Shown here: positions 49,000 through 62,895 of the stretch, piece by piece | Layout: each line of letters begins with the position of its first letter | How positions within the stretch are numbered: position 1 is the stretch's first letter | Source of the DNA: Octopus vulgaris | Lineage: Eukaryota | NCBI GenBank assembly: GCA_951406725.2 | Contig: OX597831.1 | Coordinates: 57,598,001 to 57,662,000, forward strand | DNA length: 64,000 nt | Direction: 5' to 3' | Translations under genes and position numbers: made by a program | The notes under the pieces: model-generated | Told to the model about the DNA's origin: nothing | What the model saw: the letters and a program-made list of their open reading frames with translations, nothing else | The model's database searches: none

Positions 49000-51389
49000 T
49001 TAATCTTGTGCTCAGTTTAACACTGCACCTGACCCTTGGGTGCCTTTAATGAAGTTCACTCATTTGCAAGCATTTAAGCTTGGTTTCCAGTTTGGGGAGA
49101 CTTTATTCCTTCTCTTGCCATAGTTTCAAAAGCCCAGTAAAGTGTTATGGACATTGCCTTTCTTCCTGATTAAATGATAAGACGAAACGGGTGGTGTGAA
49201 TCACAGCAGGAAATTCACTGGGTCCCTTCAAGTTAGCAAATTATGGAAGACAGTTAACAAAAAAGACAGAAGAGATAAGACAGAAAAAAAGCCAAAAGAA
49301 AAAATCTGACCAATGACAATGACAAGTAAGAAAGCAAAGGCATTTAATGAGGGGTAAATTTTTGTTGTTTTTTTAACCCTAGGTAAACTATGATTGAACA
49401 GAACTGATCAAACTTTTGGCAGCAATCTTACAGGCCCTACCAACACACACATAATAGGATGTCAGTGAGAATCAAATGTCATCATTTCATCAAGCTGTGC
49501 CCAACAGTTAGGCTTATTATGCCGAGAAGTTTATCTGATGTTTAGATCCATTTTTTTTACAGATTAGAAAAAGAGGTTGTTGAGGGATATTTAGCCATGT
49601 GATTAACAGGTTCACACTGACTATTGCAGGTACTGCTCCGTTAGTTTATTATTGATAGTGGTTTTTTCTGAATGATATCTCTTATGCCAGCTGCTCAATC
49701 AGACTTGATTAGGATTTATTTAACAATAACAACTACTTTACTACTTAATCCTGCTGTTTTAAGATAGGTTCTTTATAAACCTTATGTATCAATTTGTATT
49801 ATTTGTTTAGTTCTTATTTCTAGGTTCTTTATAAGCCTTATTTATTAATTTGCATTATTTATTTAGTTCTTGTCTCCGCTTTTACACCATAAATAAAATA
49901 AGAAGTAAGAACATTAAATAAGCGCAAGCATGCTGTGTGGTTAAGAAGCTTGCTTTGCAACCGTGCCATTTCAGGTTCAATCCCACTGCATGGGACCTTG
50001 GGGGCAAGTGTCTTCTACTACTGTACCAGGCCAGCCAATGCCTTGTTAATGAATTTGGTTGATGGAAACTGTGGAAGCCCATCGTACGTGTTTGCGTGTG
50101 TGATCATGCTCTTCCCATTTGATAACAATTATTGCTTTGTTTATATCCCTGTAACTTAGTGTTATGTCAATAGAGACTGATAGAGTAAGTACCAAACTTT
50201 AAAAATAATTACTGGGATCCATCTGTTTGACTAAAACTCTCGAAAGTGCCATAACGTGGCTGCAATCCAATGACTGAAATGAGTAAAAGATAGAAGATTT
50301 GGACAATGAGTATTCTTGTTGTTCATTGAATTATTGCCTAAGTGGCTGAATATCCCACAGATACTCATATCGTTAACATAATCTTCAGGCAGAATCAGCC
50401 TTGTCAAAGGGTGTGACAAGGTTTCCGCACGGTTTCTGAGTTTTGCTGATAAAGCTTAGGTTGACCCCTAAGCTCAAAGTGCCACACAGAGTAATTGGAC
50501 TTGGGATCCCATGATGATAAAAGTTAATTTTTTAACCTCCCTCTCCCCCCTCTCTCTCTCTCTCATATTGCTTTTGAAGATTCTCATGACTCAGTCGCCA
50601 TCCAATTCCATTATTATGAATTCAAATTGGGAACTTGAGTCATAGTGAATCTTTCATTTGCTGATTACGCAACCATGGACACCACCCCTATGAATGCTTT
50701 GCAGTTACTCCTTTGATACAGCTTGGAGATTTTGACCAGTGAATTGTGATTACTATTTGCCTTATGCTACACTGTGTACTCCTATTACAAAAGGATTAGT
50801 ATGTCATCTTTTTACTTCTGTATTCAATGTAACAACGATACTGCTTTCTATTTCTTTTGTGCATTAGCTGATCTCTATTCCTCTTGTACAAAATACAGGT
50901 TATTTACAAGCTTTTTACATTGTGAATTGAAATCTGAACAAGGTCAACTTAGCCTTTCATTCTTCCAGAGACAGCCGCATAAAAGTACCAGTCAAGTACT
51001 AGGATCAACTCAAGAGTTTTTTGTAATTCATAGCAGATGTAAATGGAATTAAAATAGAAAACAAAATTCCATATAATGTAAACAGTTGTAATTCTACTTT
51101 TGAAGTAGGGTGGTGGGTTGGGGTTGGAGATGGAGTGAAATTTGGGATAGGTGTGACATCCATTCTGACCTTCTTGGCAATTTGTTAAGTAGATAATTAA
51201 TGAGAGGTTTCCAACTTAAGTCTTTACTTGTTTTAAATATGACATCATCACACATTGTCTGTTTGTATGTTTGCGTGTACATATACGTTTGTGTCTGTCT
51301 GTGCATATGTGTTTGTGTCTGTCTGTGCATGCTGTGCATGTATCTGTCACTATGTATGTAAGTGTGTCTGACTCTGTGTGTGTGTGTGT

Positions 51390-51677
51390 ATCATCATCAT
51401 CATCATTTAACGTTCGTTGTCCATGCTGGCATGAGCTGGATGGTTTGACTGGGCTGGCATGCTGGAAAGCTGCACCAGACTCCAGTTTGATTTGGCATGG
51501 TTTTCTATGGCTGGATGCCCTTCTTAACGCCAGCCACTCTGAGAGTGAAATAGATGCTTTTACGTGTCACCGTCGTGGGTGCCATTTGCATGACACCGAG
51601 GTGTGTTTACATGTCAGTGGCACGGGTGCCAATTTGCATGACACTGGTATCTGCCATGACTGCGATTTTGCTTGGCA

Positions 51678-51680
<3 letters not shown>
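51390..51680 (-). mobile_element. Diverged RTE 3' UTR copy
   Basis: (ATC)n followed by the reverse complement of the tail motifs. Confidence 0.75.
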
Positions 51681-51742
<62 letters not shown>

Positions 51743-51976
51743 TTCATCTTTTACCTGTTTCAGTCATTAGACTGCAGCCATGCTGGGGCACCTGCCTTGA
51801 AGAATTTTTAGTTGAATTTATTGACTCCAATATTTATTTTTTTAAAGCCTGCTACTTATTCTATCAGTCTCTTTTTGCTGAACCACTAAGTTATGGAGGC
51901 ATAAATACACCAGCACTGGTTGTCAAGTGGTGGCGGAGGACTAACACACAACACACAATGGGCTTTTTTCAGTTTC

Positions 51977-52209
51977 TTATTTCTTTATTGCCTACAAGGG
52001 GCTAAACATAGAGGGGACAAACAAGGATAAACAAACGGATTAAGTTGATTACATCGACCCCAGTGCGTAACTGGTACTTAATTTATCGACCCCGAAAGGA
52101 TGAAAGGCTAAGTCAACCTTGGCGAAATTTGAACTTAGAACGTAAGGGCAGACGAAATATGGCTAAGCATTTTGCCCGGCATGCTAACGTTTCTGCCAGC
52201 TCGCTGCCT
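51977..52209 (-). mobile_element. SINE family B nested in a family A SINE
   Basis: Full-length reverse copy; tttcagtttc occurs on both flanks. Confidence 0.8.
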
Positions 52210-52409
52210 ATTTCAGTTTCTGTCTACTAAATTCACTCCCAAGGTTCTGATTGGCCTAAGACACTTGCCTAGGGGTGCTTGGCACAGTCTTCTAACTTGA
52301 CAGCTCCTGTCAAATCGTCCAACCCATGCCAGCATAGAAAGAGGACGTTAAATGATGATGACGATGATGTATATGTATGTATATGTATATATATATATGT
52401 GTGTGTATG

Positions 52410-52450
<41 letters not shown>

Positions 52451-53044
52451 TATGTCTATAAACTATGTGTGTACTTCTATTTTACTTCTATACAATTGAT
52501 GTGTTGTGTGAGACAGACTGACAGACAGATACCAACACAGAAAGAATGGGGCGTGTGTAGATGGGTGAGCAAATTGACAGAGAAACATCAAAAGAAAAAG
52601 ATTCAAACATTGTCACCTGCCTGGTTATGTTGTGTGTGCTATTCTTCTGACCTATTCTATTCATTTTGCCTGAGTAAGTCTCCATTGAAAAATGGACACC
52701 ACTCCTACTTCACACAAAAGTGTTTGCTTTGTAACATTGTACCTCTCTTCATTCAGAACACCTCATCCTACTCCCCACCTCCTACACACACACATTAGGC
52801 AAAACTAAAATAGGTGCATGTGTACATATAAATATACTTGCTTTGGTTTTTCATAGAAGCTTTTTATAAAGCATTGGACTATTGGCCTGGTAAAGCCGAA
52901 AATCTACATGCATGCATGCATGCATGCAGGCATGGCTCAATGGTTAAAGAGTTTACTTCCCAACCATATATGGTTTCAGTTGCAGTCCCACTGTATGGCA
53001 CCTTGAGTAAGTGTCTTCCACTACAGTCCTGGGCGTCCCCAAAG

Positions 53045-53412
53045 TTCATCCCCTCCTCACCGTGGTGGGAATGCTGGTAATGGGTAGTGTCAGAGCTATG
53101 CTGTCGGGATCTTCAGGTAGGGCCACCCAAGGCAGATTGGTCTGACACCGAGTGGTATTAGGGCCACAACCCGGCAGATGGGGCTCTGGTGAAATCCTCG
53201 GAGTGTCTGTTTCGGCAACCGGCGGCTCCTCGGTCGTTCTGTCCCTGCGTCTGCGGACAATCTGCGGCAAACAGGATGTCTCTACATGCGGGATTGTTGG
53301 AGACTGCTTGTGAAAGCCACGTATTCTCACGAAACTTCTGCTACCTCGAGGGTGGTAGAAGAAGCCGACTCAACCCACCCAGGGTGAATGTCGCCACAAG
53401 TACAAGTAAGTA
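53045..53412 (+). mobile_element. Short internally deleted non-autonomous RTE-type element (5' structured module plus 3' tail)
   Basis: CpG-rich insert splitting a SINE. The 5' part resembles RTE/Rex3-type 5' ends (agagctatgctgtcggg...ggtagggccacccaaggcaga) and it ends in caagtacaagtaagta. Confidence 0.6.
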
Positions 53413-53928
53413 CATAGCCTTGCGAGCAGATTTGGTAGATGGAAATTGTGGTGAAAGCCTGTCAGTGGATGTTAAATGATGATAATAATATGTATATGTG
53501 TGTATATACAGCTTAGTGGTTAGGGTGTTGCACTCATGAATGCGTGATCGTGGGTTCGATTCTCAGACCAGGCATTGTGTTGTGTTCCTGAGCAAAGGGC
53601 TTCATTTCTCGCTGCTCATCTGAGTTGTGGCACATGGTGCACCTGTACAGGTAATGTCAATTTGATGGAGGGAATGAGCTGGGTACACAAATATTTGATC
53701 ACTATAAACAAGTCATCTGTGTGGTTGTTCGGCAAGAAATTGTCGAACCCTCATACATCGTCTAACGACAGGAGAGTCCATGAGATGTATATACGTTTAT
53801 TTATTATTTTGCACATTACTTAATCATCGTTATATGTTTTATATTATATTTAATCTTTCTATATGTAATTTTCTAGATGGTATAATTTAATTTTTCATTA
53901 TTGAATTAATAAAAGGTGGGTTTTTCTA

Positions 53929-53963
<35 letters not shown>

Positions 53964-54074
53964 AATCCTACCTCCTCACTCTTCACCACCACCTAAAATA
54001 ATACCTCCACTTACTTCCTTCCCACTACTTTCAGCCGTCCATTAACCTTTCTTTACTCATTTTCAATAAAACAG

Positions 54075-54263
54075 TCGCTATGATAGATCGTTAGCCACTA
54101 CACACATTTTTTTCTCTCCTTGTTTTTTTCTGTGTCCCTTTCTGTAGAAGAGCGTAGGCTCGAAATGTAAAAGACTTTTTCTATTCCTGAGCGTTATACT
54201 AATACATCTGTTTGTTTTGTACACCACCTGTCTTCGTCTTTTGATTTTTCCCTAAACTCTCCC
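54075..54263 (+). mobile_element. Penelope-like terminal repeat fragment with hammerhead-like motif
   Basis: Same family as the 22.0, 46.9 and 47.2 kb copies; ends at (TA)n. Confidence 0.6.
54138..54173 (+). ncRNA. Candidate minimal hammerhead ribozyme with non-canonical core
   Basis: CTTT-CTGTAGA-A-GAGC(GTAG)GCTC-GAAAT-GTA-AAAG. Confidence 0.5.
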
Positions 54264-55135
54264 TATATATATATATGCGCTTGTGGTGTTTGTTTGTGTA
54301 CACCCTTGTCTAGTCTATCATGTGATGGTCTTAAACAAGCAAGCTTGTTCATTTTCAGTCTTCTGTGAAAGATGTCTTGCTATGTATGGGAAAATATTAC
54401 CTTGCTTGGAAACTGAAGAGTGTTGATAACAGGAAGGGCATCCTGCTGTAGAAAATAAACTGCCTCAGCAAATTCTATGTGACCTATGCAAGCATGGATG
54501 ATGATGATGATTACTTGTGTCTAATATGAATAAATGTTAAGAAGGGCATCCAGTTGTAAAACACATGCCAAAACAGACAGTAAAGCCTGGTGGAGGGGTT
54601 AAGTCGATTACATTGATTCCAATCCTGAAAGGATGAAAGGCAAAGTTGACCTTGATGATGGGGAATTATGATAACATTGACCCCAGGACTCAACTGGTAC
54701 TTATTTTATTGCCCCTCTAAGAGATGATAGGTAAAGTTGAACTCGGTGGAATTTGAACTCAGAGCAGAAAGCTGGGATGAAATACTGCCATGCCTTTTGT
54801 TCGGTGTGCTAATGAGTCTACCAGCTCACCACCTTAATAATAACAATGCTATTAATAATAATAATAAACATTGTTTTAAAATTTTGGCACAAGGCTAGAA
54901 GTTTCAGGAAAGGGACAAGGTTGGTTACATCGACCCCCAGGGCTCAAAAGGTACTTATTTTATCACCCCCCCCACCTCCATTGAAAGGATGAAATGCAAA
55001 GTGGATCTTGGTAGAAGTTAATAATAATAAAAGTAGTAGTAGTAGTAGAAAACGGTGAGAATGTAGATAAGCTGACTGTAAAGAAACAAAGGTTATCAGA
55101 ACTATCTAATGTCTTGTGTTTTTGTTTGCTTTTAG

Positions 55136-55190
55136 TTTGTTTATCCTGTCCAGAAGATAACTCCGAACATTTTAGATTCCTCACAGAAAA
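55136..55190 (+). other. Candidate 55-nt internal exon
   Basis: Branch-like CTAAT, T-rich tract and TAG acceptor, with donor GTAAGA. No homology recognised. Confidence 0.3.
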
Positions 55191-55569
55191 GTAAGAATTT
55201 ATTTTTTTATGTTTTGTTTCGTTGCTAAGTGGGATATCCCTTGGTTCACAGCATGTCTGTGGTCCTGAGAAATCTCAAAGGCACTGGCAGCCTCTCAGTG
55301 TAGAATGCAATGCAAATATTGCAGGAGGGAGAGAGACTTCCCTTGAACAACTCTAATTTTGGGGGTCTTCTTATTGATTGATGTTTACATCTTTTGCTAG
55401 TATAGATTGTTAAAACAAACACAGGCACACATGTAACTGTGTGCACACAAATGCACGTACACACACACACACATATATACACACATATACACACACACAC
55501 ATTTTAGCTCATAATTTCCTTTGTCTTCCATCTCCCACTAGATCATCCTATGATGGCTTTATTCTCATT

Positions 55570-55800
55570 CGATGTAGCAACACCCAGCTGGAAGAAGCCT
55601 CATGGCAAGCCCTGCACCAAATGGCTGGTTGTGATTGGGGAAGATCTCCAGAAGCTCAATGTCACCTTTGAGGATGTAGAGGGGCTGGCACAGGACCACC
55701 GGCAATGGAGAGTGCTGGTAGACATGGCCAGCTCTATACATGATGAAGTCTCTGGGATCACTAACCTGGGATGACCCCAGCTCCATCATGCCGAGCAAGC
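55570..55800 (+). mobile_element. RTE LINE C-terminal fragment from a different family
   Basis: Translates WKKPHGKPCTKWLVVIGEDLQKL...AQDHRQWR, the RTE C-terminal pattern (RPRGRP..W...DL...A.DR..WR). Confidence 0.65.
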
Positions 55801-56151
55801 AATAACAGAGTAGTTTTTAAATGGGTTTATTCATATTTTTCAGCGTGGCCACTCTTGTTTCAGCAAAGCACGTTTTTGCTAAGCCTAATCAAAAAAGTTC
55901 TGTTTTTTAAAGGCCTGATTTCTGTGATGAAGTTTAGTGAACAATTGCATTGTGGAGACAATTGTAGATATGATATAAGAATATAACTAAACTAGCACAT
56001 GGCTATGTGGTCAGAAGTTTGCATCCCAGTTGTATGGTTCCAGGTTCAATCCCATTGCATGGCACCTTAAGTTTGTGTTTTTTTACTATAACCATAGGCC
56101 TACCAAAGTGTTGTGAGTAGATTTAGTAGATGGAAGTTGAAAGAAGCCTAT

Positions 56152-56182
<31 letters not shown>

Positions 56183-56265
56183 GTCTCTTTGCTTTGACAT
56201 TGTCTAAGAGTTGTAACAGCATGGAAAATGTATGTCAAATGGTGATGATGGTAATAATGTGTATG

Positions 56266-56668
56266 TAGGCGTAGGAATGACTGTGTGGTATGTAGCTTGT
56301 TTACCAACCACATGATTCCGGGTTCAGTCCCACTGCGTGGTACCTTGGGCAAGTGTCTTCTATAGCCTCGGGCCGACCAAAGCCTTGTGAGTAGATTTGG
56401 TAGACGGAAACTGAAAGAAGCCCATTGTATATATGTATATATATATATATGTATGTGTGTGTATATGTTTGTGTGTCTGTGTTTGTCCCCCCAACATCGC
56501 TTGACAACCGATGCTGGTGTGTTTACGTCCCTGTAACTTAGCGGTTCAGCAAAAGAGACTGATAGATTAAGTACTAGGCCTACAAAGAATAAGTCCTGAG
56601 GTCGATTTGTTCGACGAAAGGCGATGCTCCAGCATGGCCACAGTCAAATGACTGAAACAAGTAAAGGA
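56266..56668 (+). mobile_element. SINE family A
   Basis: Full-length copy. Confidence 0.85.
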
Positions 56669-57371
56669 GTATGTGTGTGTTTGTCATCATCAATCGTTAC
56701 CTTTTTCCATACCCACTTTCTGATGCTTGCATAGATGAGATGAAATTCATTGAGGTAGAGGGTTGAACATAGGTGAATGGTGGTGGTGGTGGTGGTGGTG
56801 GTGGTGGTGGTGGGGTAGCAATTATGCATATCAGTTGGCAGTACAGGAGTGGGGAGGAGCAATATGATGGAGAGAATGAAAGATGGTGTGTGTGTGGATG
56901 GGTAGGCTGCAAGGGTGTGAGTGGAAAGATGGGGAGAGAGCAAGAGACATGATGATGCGGGCAAATCAACAGGAAGTGAATCAGGGAAGAGGGGGGCGAT
57001 AATTTGGTAGCATCGAAGGGTGGGGGTTATCAATGTAAAATGTGAATGAAGAGAGAGACAATGCCAGTGTGTAATCCTTGTAGCCAACTGTTTCCTGGAA
57101 TATATTCTATTATTCTTTTACTTGTTTCAGTCATTAGACTATGGCCATGCTGGAGTACTGCCTTTATGCTTAACATCTATCTCATTGTGTTATTAGTTTC
57201 GTATTTTACCTGTTTGTCTTGGATCAACCCTGATTCAGCAGATTTATGGCGAAAAGCTTTTCAGCTGTTACCATCCTTTTTCTTTTTATTGTGTTCCCGA
57301 CATAGTGTATCCAGGAGTACATTATTTAATGTCTTTCATTTTGTGAAGCTGATAGGGTATGCTTTAAGAGA

Positions 57372-57605
57372 CATTTAGGTGCTATTACTTATTTGTTTAT
57401 TGCCCACAAGGGGCTAAACACAGGGGACAAACAGATTAAGTCGATTATATCGACCCCAGTGCATAACTGGTACTTATTTAATCGACCCCGAAGGGATGAA
57501 AGGCAAAGTCGACCTCGGCGGAATTTGAACTCAGAACGTAGCGGCAGACGAAATACCACTAAGCATTTCGCCCGACGTGCTAACGTTTCTGCCAGCTCGC
57601 TGCCT
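57372..57605 (-). mobile_element. SINE family B with target-site duplication
   Basis: Flanked by the direct repeat tttaggtgctattact. Confidence 0.85.
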
Positions 57606-58107
57606 TTAGGTGCTATTACTAGCTGATCAGTAGACTGCATAGAGGCTCCCTTGTTGACTTGTTATGTGATTATGTTGTCAGCTGCATATGTAGCTGTGGT
57701 CATGTGATACCTTTGTTTCCATGTTAGCCTGTGTACAAGTATTGTTAGTAATAGTAAAATTGTGTAGTAAAGAAGGAACGTTTGATTGTGAGCAGAAAAA
57801 CCATATCATGGCATTATATGATTTCCCATTCAGTCACCAGAATCTCAGACGAAACACAATTAAAATGAGATTTTAATTTAAAATTGACAAAAAAATAATA
57901 AAATGTTTAAAATTTTCTTTTTTCTCTTTATATTGTGATAATGCTCCTGTTTCAGTTTTAACTTATGCTTCTTTTCAAATGTTCCATTGGATTTTGGATA
58001 ATATCTGTCTGCAATATTTCAAATAGTGAAATACTGATGCTGCAAAATGTTAAATTGCTGGGACACAACTTCTGGAAGATACATTTTACTGTTTGTACTC
58101 CTCTTGT

Positions 58108-58182
58108 TTTCGGAAACACTTTTTCATGCTAAGAGTTGCTGAAGTATGGAACAAACTGCCGGCATCAGTTGTTAGTTGTTAG
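58108..58182 (+). mobile_element. CR1-group LINE C-terminal fragment
   Basis: Translates FRKHFFMLRVAEVWNKLPASVVSC. Confidence 0.6.
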
Positions 58183-58329
58183 CAGAAGGATCATTTATGA
58201 TTTTAATCAACATATTCCCTTCTCAGACTCACTCACTTATTGTAGCAGTCTTTCAGTTTTTTTAAGCCCTCAGTTTTTTAAGAATTCAGAAGGTTGGGCC
58301 TTTAGTCAGGCCTTTCGCGACACCCTTAA

Positions 58330-58548
58330 CCCTTTAGTGTTCAGATAATTCTATCAAACATAATGCTTATTGATTCACATTGATTTGAATTAATCATGCA
58401 TTATCTCATATCTTCAAGATCTTGATGGTGTAATTACTTAATGTAGAATAACATTGTAGGGTAGGTGTGAGAGCCTGGATCTGGTCAGTTTGAACATAAA
58501 ACAGATTAACTATTTTGGCCGGATATGGCCGGTTTAAATACTAAAAGG
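58330..58548. mobile_element. piggyBac-like MITE inserted in a mariner remnant
   Basis: TTAA on both sides; splits the mariner-derived element at 58185-58580. Confidence 0.75.
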
Positions 58549-60192
58549 TTAAAGCCTGGAATTCTTCAGTACCCTCATGTATAAAGGAATGTGTATGGAG
58601 CTCTATCAGTTCTTCTCTTTATGTAACATTTCACTTCTGTTGATTGTAGATTTTTGCATCACTTTCTACATATTGTGAAGACATCTGGCACAAGTGTATG
58701 CTTGTACGGAACAGCTTTACTCCATTCCAAGTTTGGTGAAACTCTTAATATTGAGAGATTTGCAAATAAATGAGTTTATTGGGTATGAGACAAGCCTAGT
58801 TAGTATGCTTCTGATAATCCTCACTTTGTTGAATCACTCTTAATAGAATTGGCAGAACTGCAGATAATTGAGTTTATTGGCACCAGACAAGCAGCTAAGG
58901 GGTTGGTAATTCATATTCTTGTCACTACTAGCATGTTATGTTAGTAACTAAAGACAAATTATGAGAAAAGCATAAGATTTAGAAAAAAAAAACCCAAAAA
59001 AACTTACATAAATTAGAAGCAGTCACAATCTAACAGGTTCAAAATGCAGTACATGCATAGGGCAAATTTAATTATCAGACTCTTCTCTGAACTTTCCTGT
59101 AGTATTAACTAGGACTGTGATATTTATTCAACTACAGTGCATTCTCAGATTTAATACCACTTCCACTTTTTCTATGTAGATATCATGCGCTAGGGTATAA
59201 TGCTACCCGTTAATTTTTATCTTGATGTTTTGTAAGGTTGTTGAATTGGTATTACAAAATTGTTGACTCCATCTCTAACTCTTCAATTTATGGTACCAAT
59301 TTATGGTCCTTCGTCTACAACTCCAATTCTTCTATTTGTATTTAGACAAATGTGTTACATAACTAGTGCAAATCAACAGGTTACTTACCTTTCTGATCTG
59401 TTTAAAATTTGGGCTCATGTGGTATGCCAGTGCGGCTTCTTTTGATATTATTTATGAAGACAAAACTTATGAATTGAAAAAAATGGGCCTTTACTTTATA
59501 GCCTTTATCAAAATGCTTTAAGTTAAAAAAGATATAAAAATAATAAACTATAAAAATGGTTTGTAAAAAACTTTGTTGACCAGTTCATAAATGAAATGCA
59601 CCCAGTGAAACTTAACAAATGACTAATTTAAAAGAAATAAACTGAATTAGATACATAACCCTCCTTTTTGAAATTAATACATTGTTTCAGTATAAAATTT
59701 ACATTCATTGAAATTCAAGATTTATTAAAGAAACATTTGTATCCTTTAAATAAAGATCCCAATCGAAAATTTACTAAAATCATGTTAGACACACATTTGC
59801 TTCTACTGGACCTTTCTCGAAAGAAGTCTTTAAATCTGATTTGATTGTTTTCAAATTAGAACCTGTGGAATTGGAAATTTTGATGCATTGTATCATTACA
59901 TTTTATATTTTGTCAGATAGGGATCAGCAAGCTGGTAGAACAGTTGGGGGTCAAACACACTGGACAGAATGCTTAACAGCATTTCATCTGTCTTTACGTT
60001 CTGAGCTCAAATTCCTCTGAGTTTGACTTTACCTTTCGTTCTTTCAGGGTCAATGTCAAGTCCTGGGATCGATGTAATTGACTTCCCCTGCCCCTCAAAA
60101 GCTGCTGTCCTGTGCCAAAATTTGAAACCAATGTTTAGTCAGTTGTGAGTCGGTGCAGTTTTACCAATTTCAACTCTAAACACCATTTTTAG

Positions 60193-60395
60193 CGTGGCCG
60201 TTGCCAGTACCGCCAGACTTGCACGTAAAAGCACCCACTACACTCTTGGAGTGGTTGGCGTTAGGAAGGGCATCCAGCTGTAGAAACTCTGCCAGATCAG
60301 ATTGGAGCCTGGTGTATCCATTTGGTTCGCCAGTCCTCAGTCAAATCGTCCAACCCATGCTAGCATGGAAAGTGGACTTTAGATGATAATGATGA
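60193..60395 (+). mobile_element. 5'-truncated RTE 3' UTR copy
   Basis: Match to the LINE tail motifs and a GAT tail. Confidence 0.8.
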
Positions 60396-60492
60396 TCCCA
60401 CCAATCCCAATAAGTGTTGATGACTCTAACTACACAGCTTTGATATTTTATATTAAACTTTTTAATATAAAAAATTAATATATATAATTTTT

Positions 60493-60712
60493 GGTGGCGA
60501 GCTGGCAGAAACGTTAGCACACCGGGCAAAATGCTTAGCAGTATTTCGTCTGCCATTACATTCTGAGTTCAAATTCTGCTGAGGTTGACTTTGCCTTTCA
60601 TCCTTTCAGGGTCAATAAATAAAGTATCATTTATGCACTGGGGTCGATATAATCGACTTAATCCCTTTGTCTGTCCCCTCTATGTTTAGCCCCTTGTGGG
60701 CAATAAAGAAAT
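60493..60712 (+). mobile_element. SINE family B
   Basis: Full-length match. Confidence 0.8.
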
Positions 60713-62224
60713 GTATATTAAATTTTTTATGTTATCATTCTACATGTGAAGGCACATGGCTTAGTGGTTAGGGTGTTGCCCTAATGTTTGCAGGATCATG
60801 GCTTGGAAGACCAGCAATGCATTATGTTCTTGAGCAAAACATTTCGTTTCACATTCCTCCAGTTCACTTGGCTTAAATGGGTAACCTTACAATCGACTAG
60901 TATTCCATTCAGGAGGGGATGTTGGCATGCCCATTTAACTAGGTGGTGGCATCATTTTAAAGCTACAACAATGCAAGGAAGTGCATTGTGACCAGCAGGG
61001 TATAACAACATCTGATTGTCTGGTACTGTGTAAATTTGATACATTATATATCCTCTTTTTTAAGATGGTAAAGTGAATGATTTAAGAAAGATTAAGCGGT
61101 TTTCCTATCAAATGAATCAGTCTCATAGAGGCTACTCTCATTGGTTTATTGTTTAACCTCGAGTAGGTTCCAGCTGCAACCATCCTTCTTTATGTATATC
61201 TAGGACAGCATTATCCAATGTGTCCTTTCCTTCTTTAGACAGTATAGCATGTGTAAGTTAAATGTAATTCAGATGTGGATTCTAGCAGTTGGAGTAACTG
61301 TGTAGAGGCTCCAAAGCTGTTTAGCCACCGTGCAGACAGCCCTTATTGAACAGCATGGTGAAAGACATCCCAGCCATGACTACCCTGTTTCTTTTCTATA
61401 TGCAGGGAATTCAGGACTACATATGGCCTTTTTCTAAGACAGTGATGTGTGATTTAAGCAAGATTTAGCTATTGTTGGTAACAGATGGAACAACTACATT
61501 GCAGTTCCTTATTAGGTTCCACAAGACTGTGTTGGGTTGAGAAGGCCTTAGCATGACAGACAACCTTTCCAGTACTTCTCCTGACAACCTTTCTAGTACT
61601 GACACCAATAAAATGTACTCAGTACACTCTGTGAAGTAGTTGGTATGAGGAAGAACATCTTCCTAATAGAAACTATGCCGAAAAAATTCTCTGTTTGGGC
61701 GAGACATCTCCTTCTGACCTGTCTAATACTGGTGGAGACTGTAACTTTGAATAATAAAACCACATGACCCATGTTGACCTGTCTAAGCTACATTGGCATG
61801 GAAAGTAGACATAAAATGATGATGATGATGATGATGATGCATGCTTCAGAATTGGTAGAATTTAAAGATTCATTATTTTTCTCAGCGCACTTGCACCTGA
61901 ACGAGTCCTTGTGCACTTACTGTTCGTTCTTGGTACTAAAAAAAAGTTCTTCCTTGCTTCTGTTCTATGTTGTTGCTCGACATGCTAGAAACAGCAACCA
62001 AACCTTCCTCCCCTCCCCCCACACTATGTTGCTAACGATACAGTTTGCGTAGTGTTAAATGGTCGTGTGCTCCTCCCACCCCAAAATCATGGTAGTCATG
62101 GCTTAACATCTTAGATTATAGGTCCATTTGGTCGAAGGGGCCTAAACAACAACAAAAACAATAACAAATCCTCAGATTCTTTTAACTTAGGAAGGATTTG
62201 CCTTACTTCTTTAATTTGGTGGTG

Positions 62225-62895
62225 CTCTCCCTCTCTCTCATATTTCATCCTCTCTCCTTTTCTCTTTCCCATGCTCCCTTCATTTTCTGTATTCTTGCCT
62301 ATCTCTCCTATATCTTCCCTGCTCTCTCTCTTTCTCTACTTTCCCATATTTCATCCTCTCCCTCTTTGCTCCCTCCACTTTCTGTGTTGTTCATTCCTAT
62401 CTCTGTCTCTCCCTTGCTCTCTCTCCAATCTCTCCCTCGCTTCTATCTCTCTCTCTCGCTCTCCTATATCTCTCTTCTTTCTCACATTTCATCCTCTCCC
62501 TCTCTCTTTCCTTTGCTCCCTCCACTTTCTGTGTTGTTCATTCCTATCTCTGTCTCTCCCTTGCTCTCTCTCCAATCTCTCTCTCGCTCTCCTTTATCTC
62601 TCTTCTTTCTCATATTTCATCCTCTCCCTCTCTCTTTCCTTTGCTCCCTCCTCTTTCTGTGTTATTCATTCCTGTCTCTGTCTCTCCCTTGCTCTCTCCA
62701 ATCTCTCCCTCACTTCTATCTCTCTCTTGCTCTCCTATGTCTCTACTTTCTCATATTTCATTCTCTCTCTCACTCTTTCCTTTGCTCCCTCCACTTTCTC
62801 TGTTGTTCATTCCTATTAGTCTCTCCCTTGCTCTCTCTCCTATCTCTCCCTCTTGCTCTCCCATCTCTCTCTCTCTCTCTCTCCCTCTCTCTCAT
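62225..62895. repeat. CT-rich minisatellite (about 4 units of ~120-145 bp)
   Basis: Recurring tttgctccctccactttctgtgttgttcattcctatctctgtctctcccttgctctctc. Confidence 0.85.
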
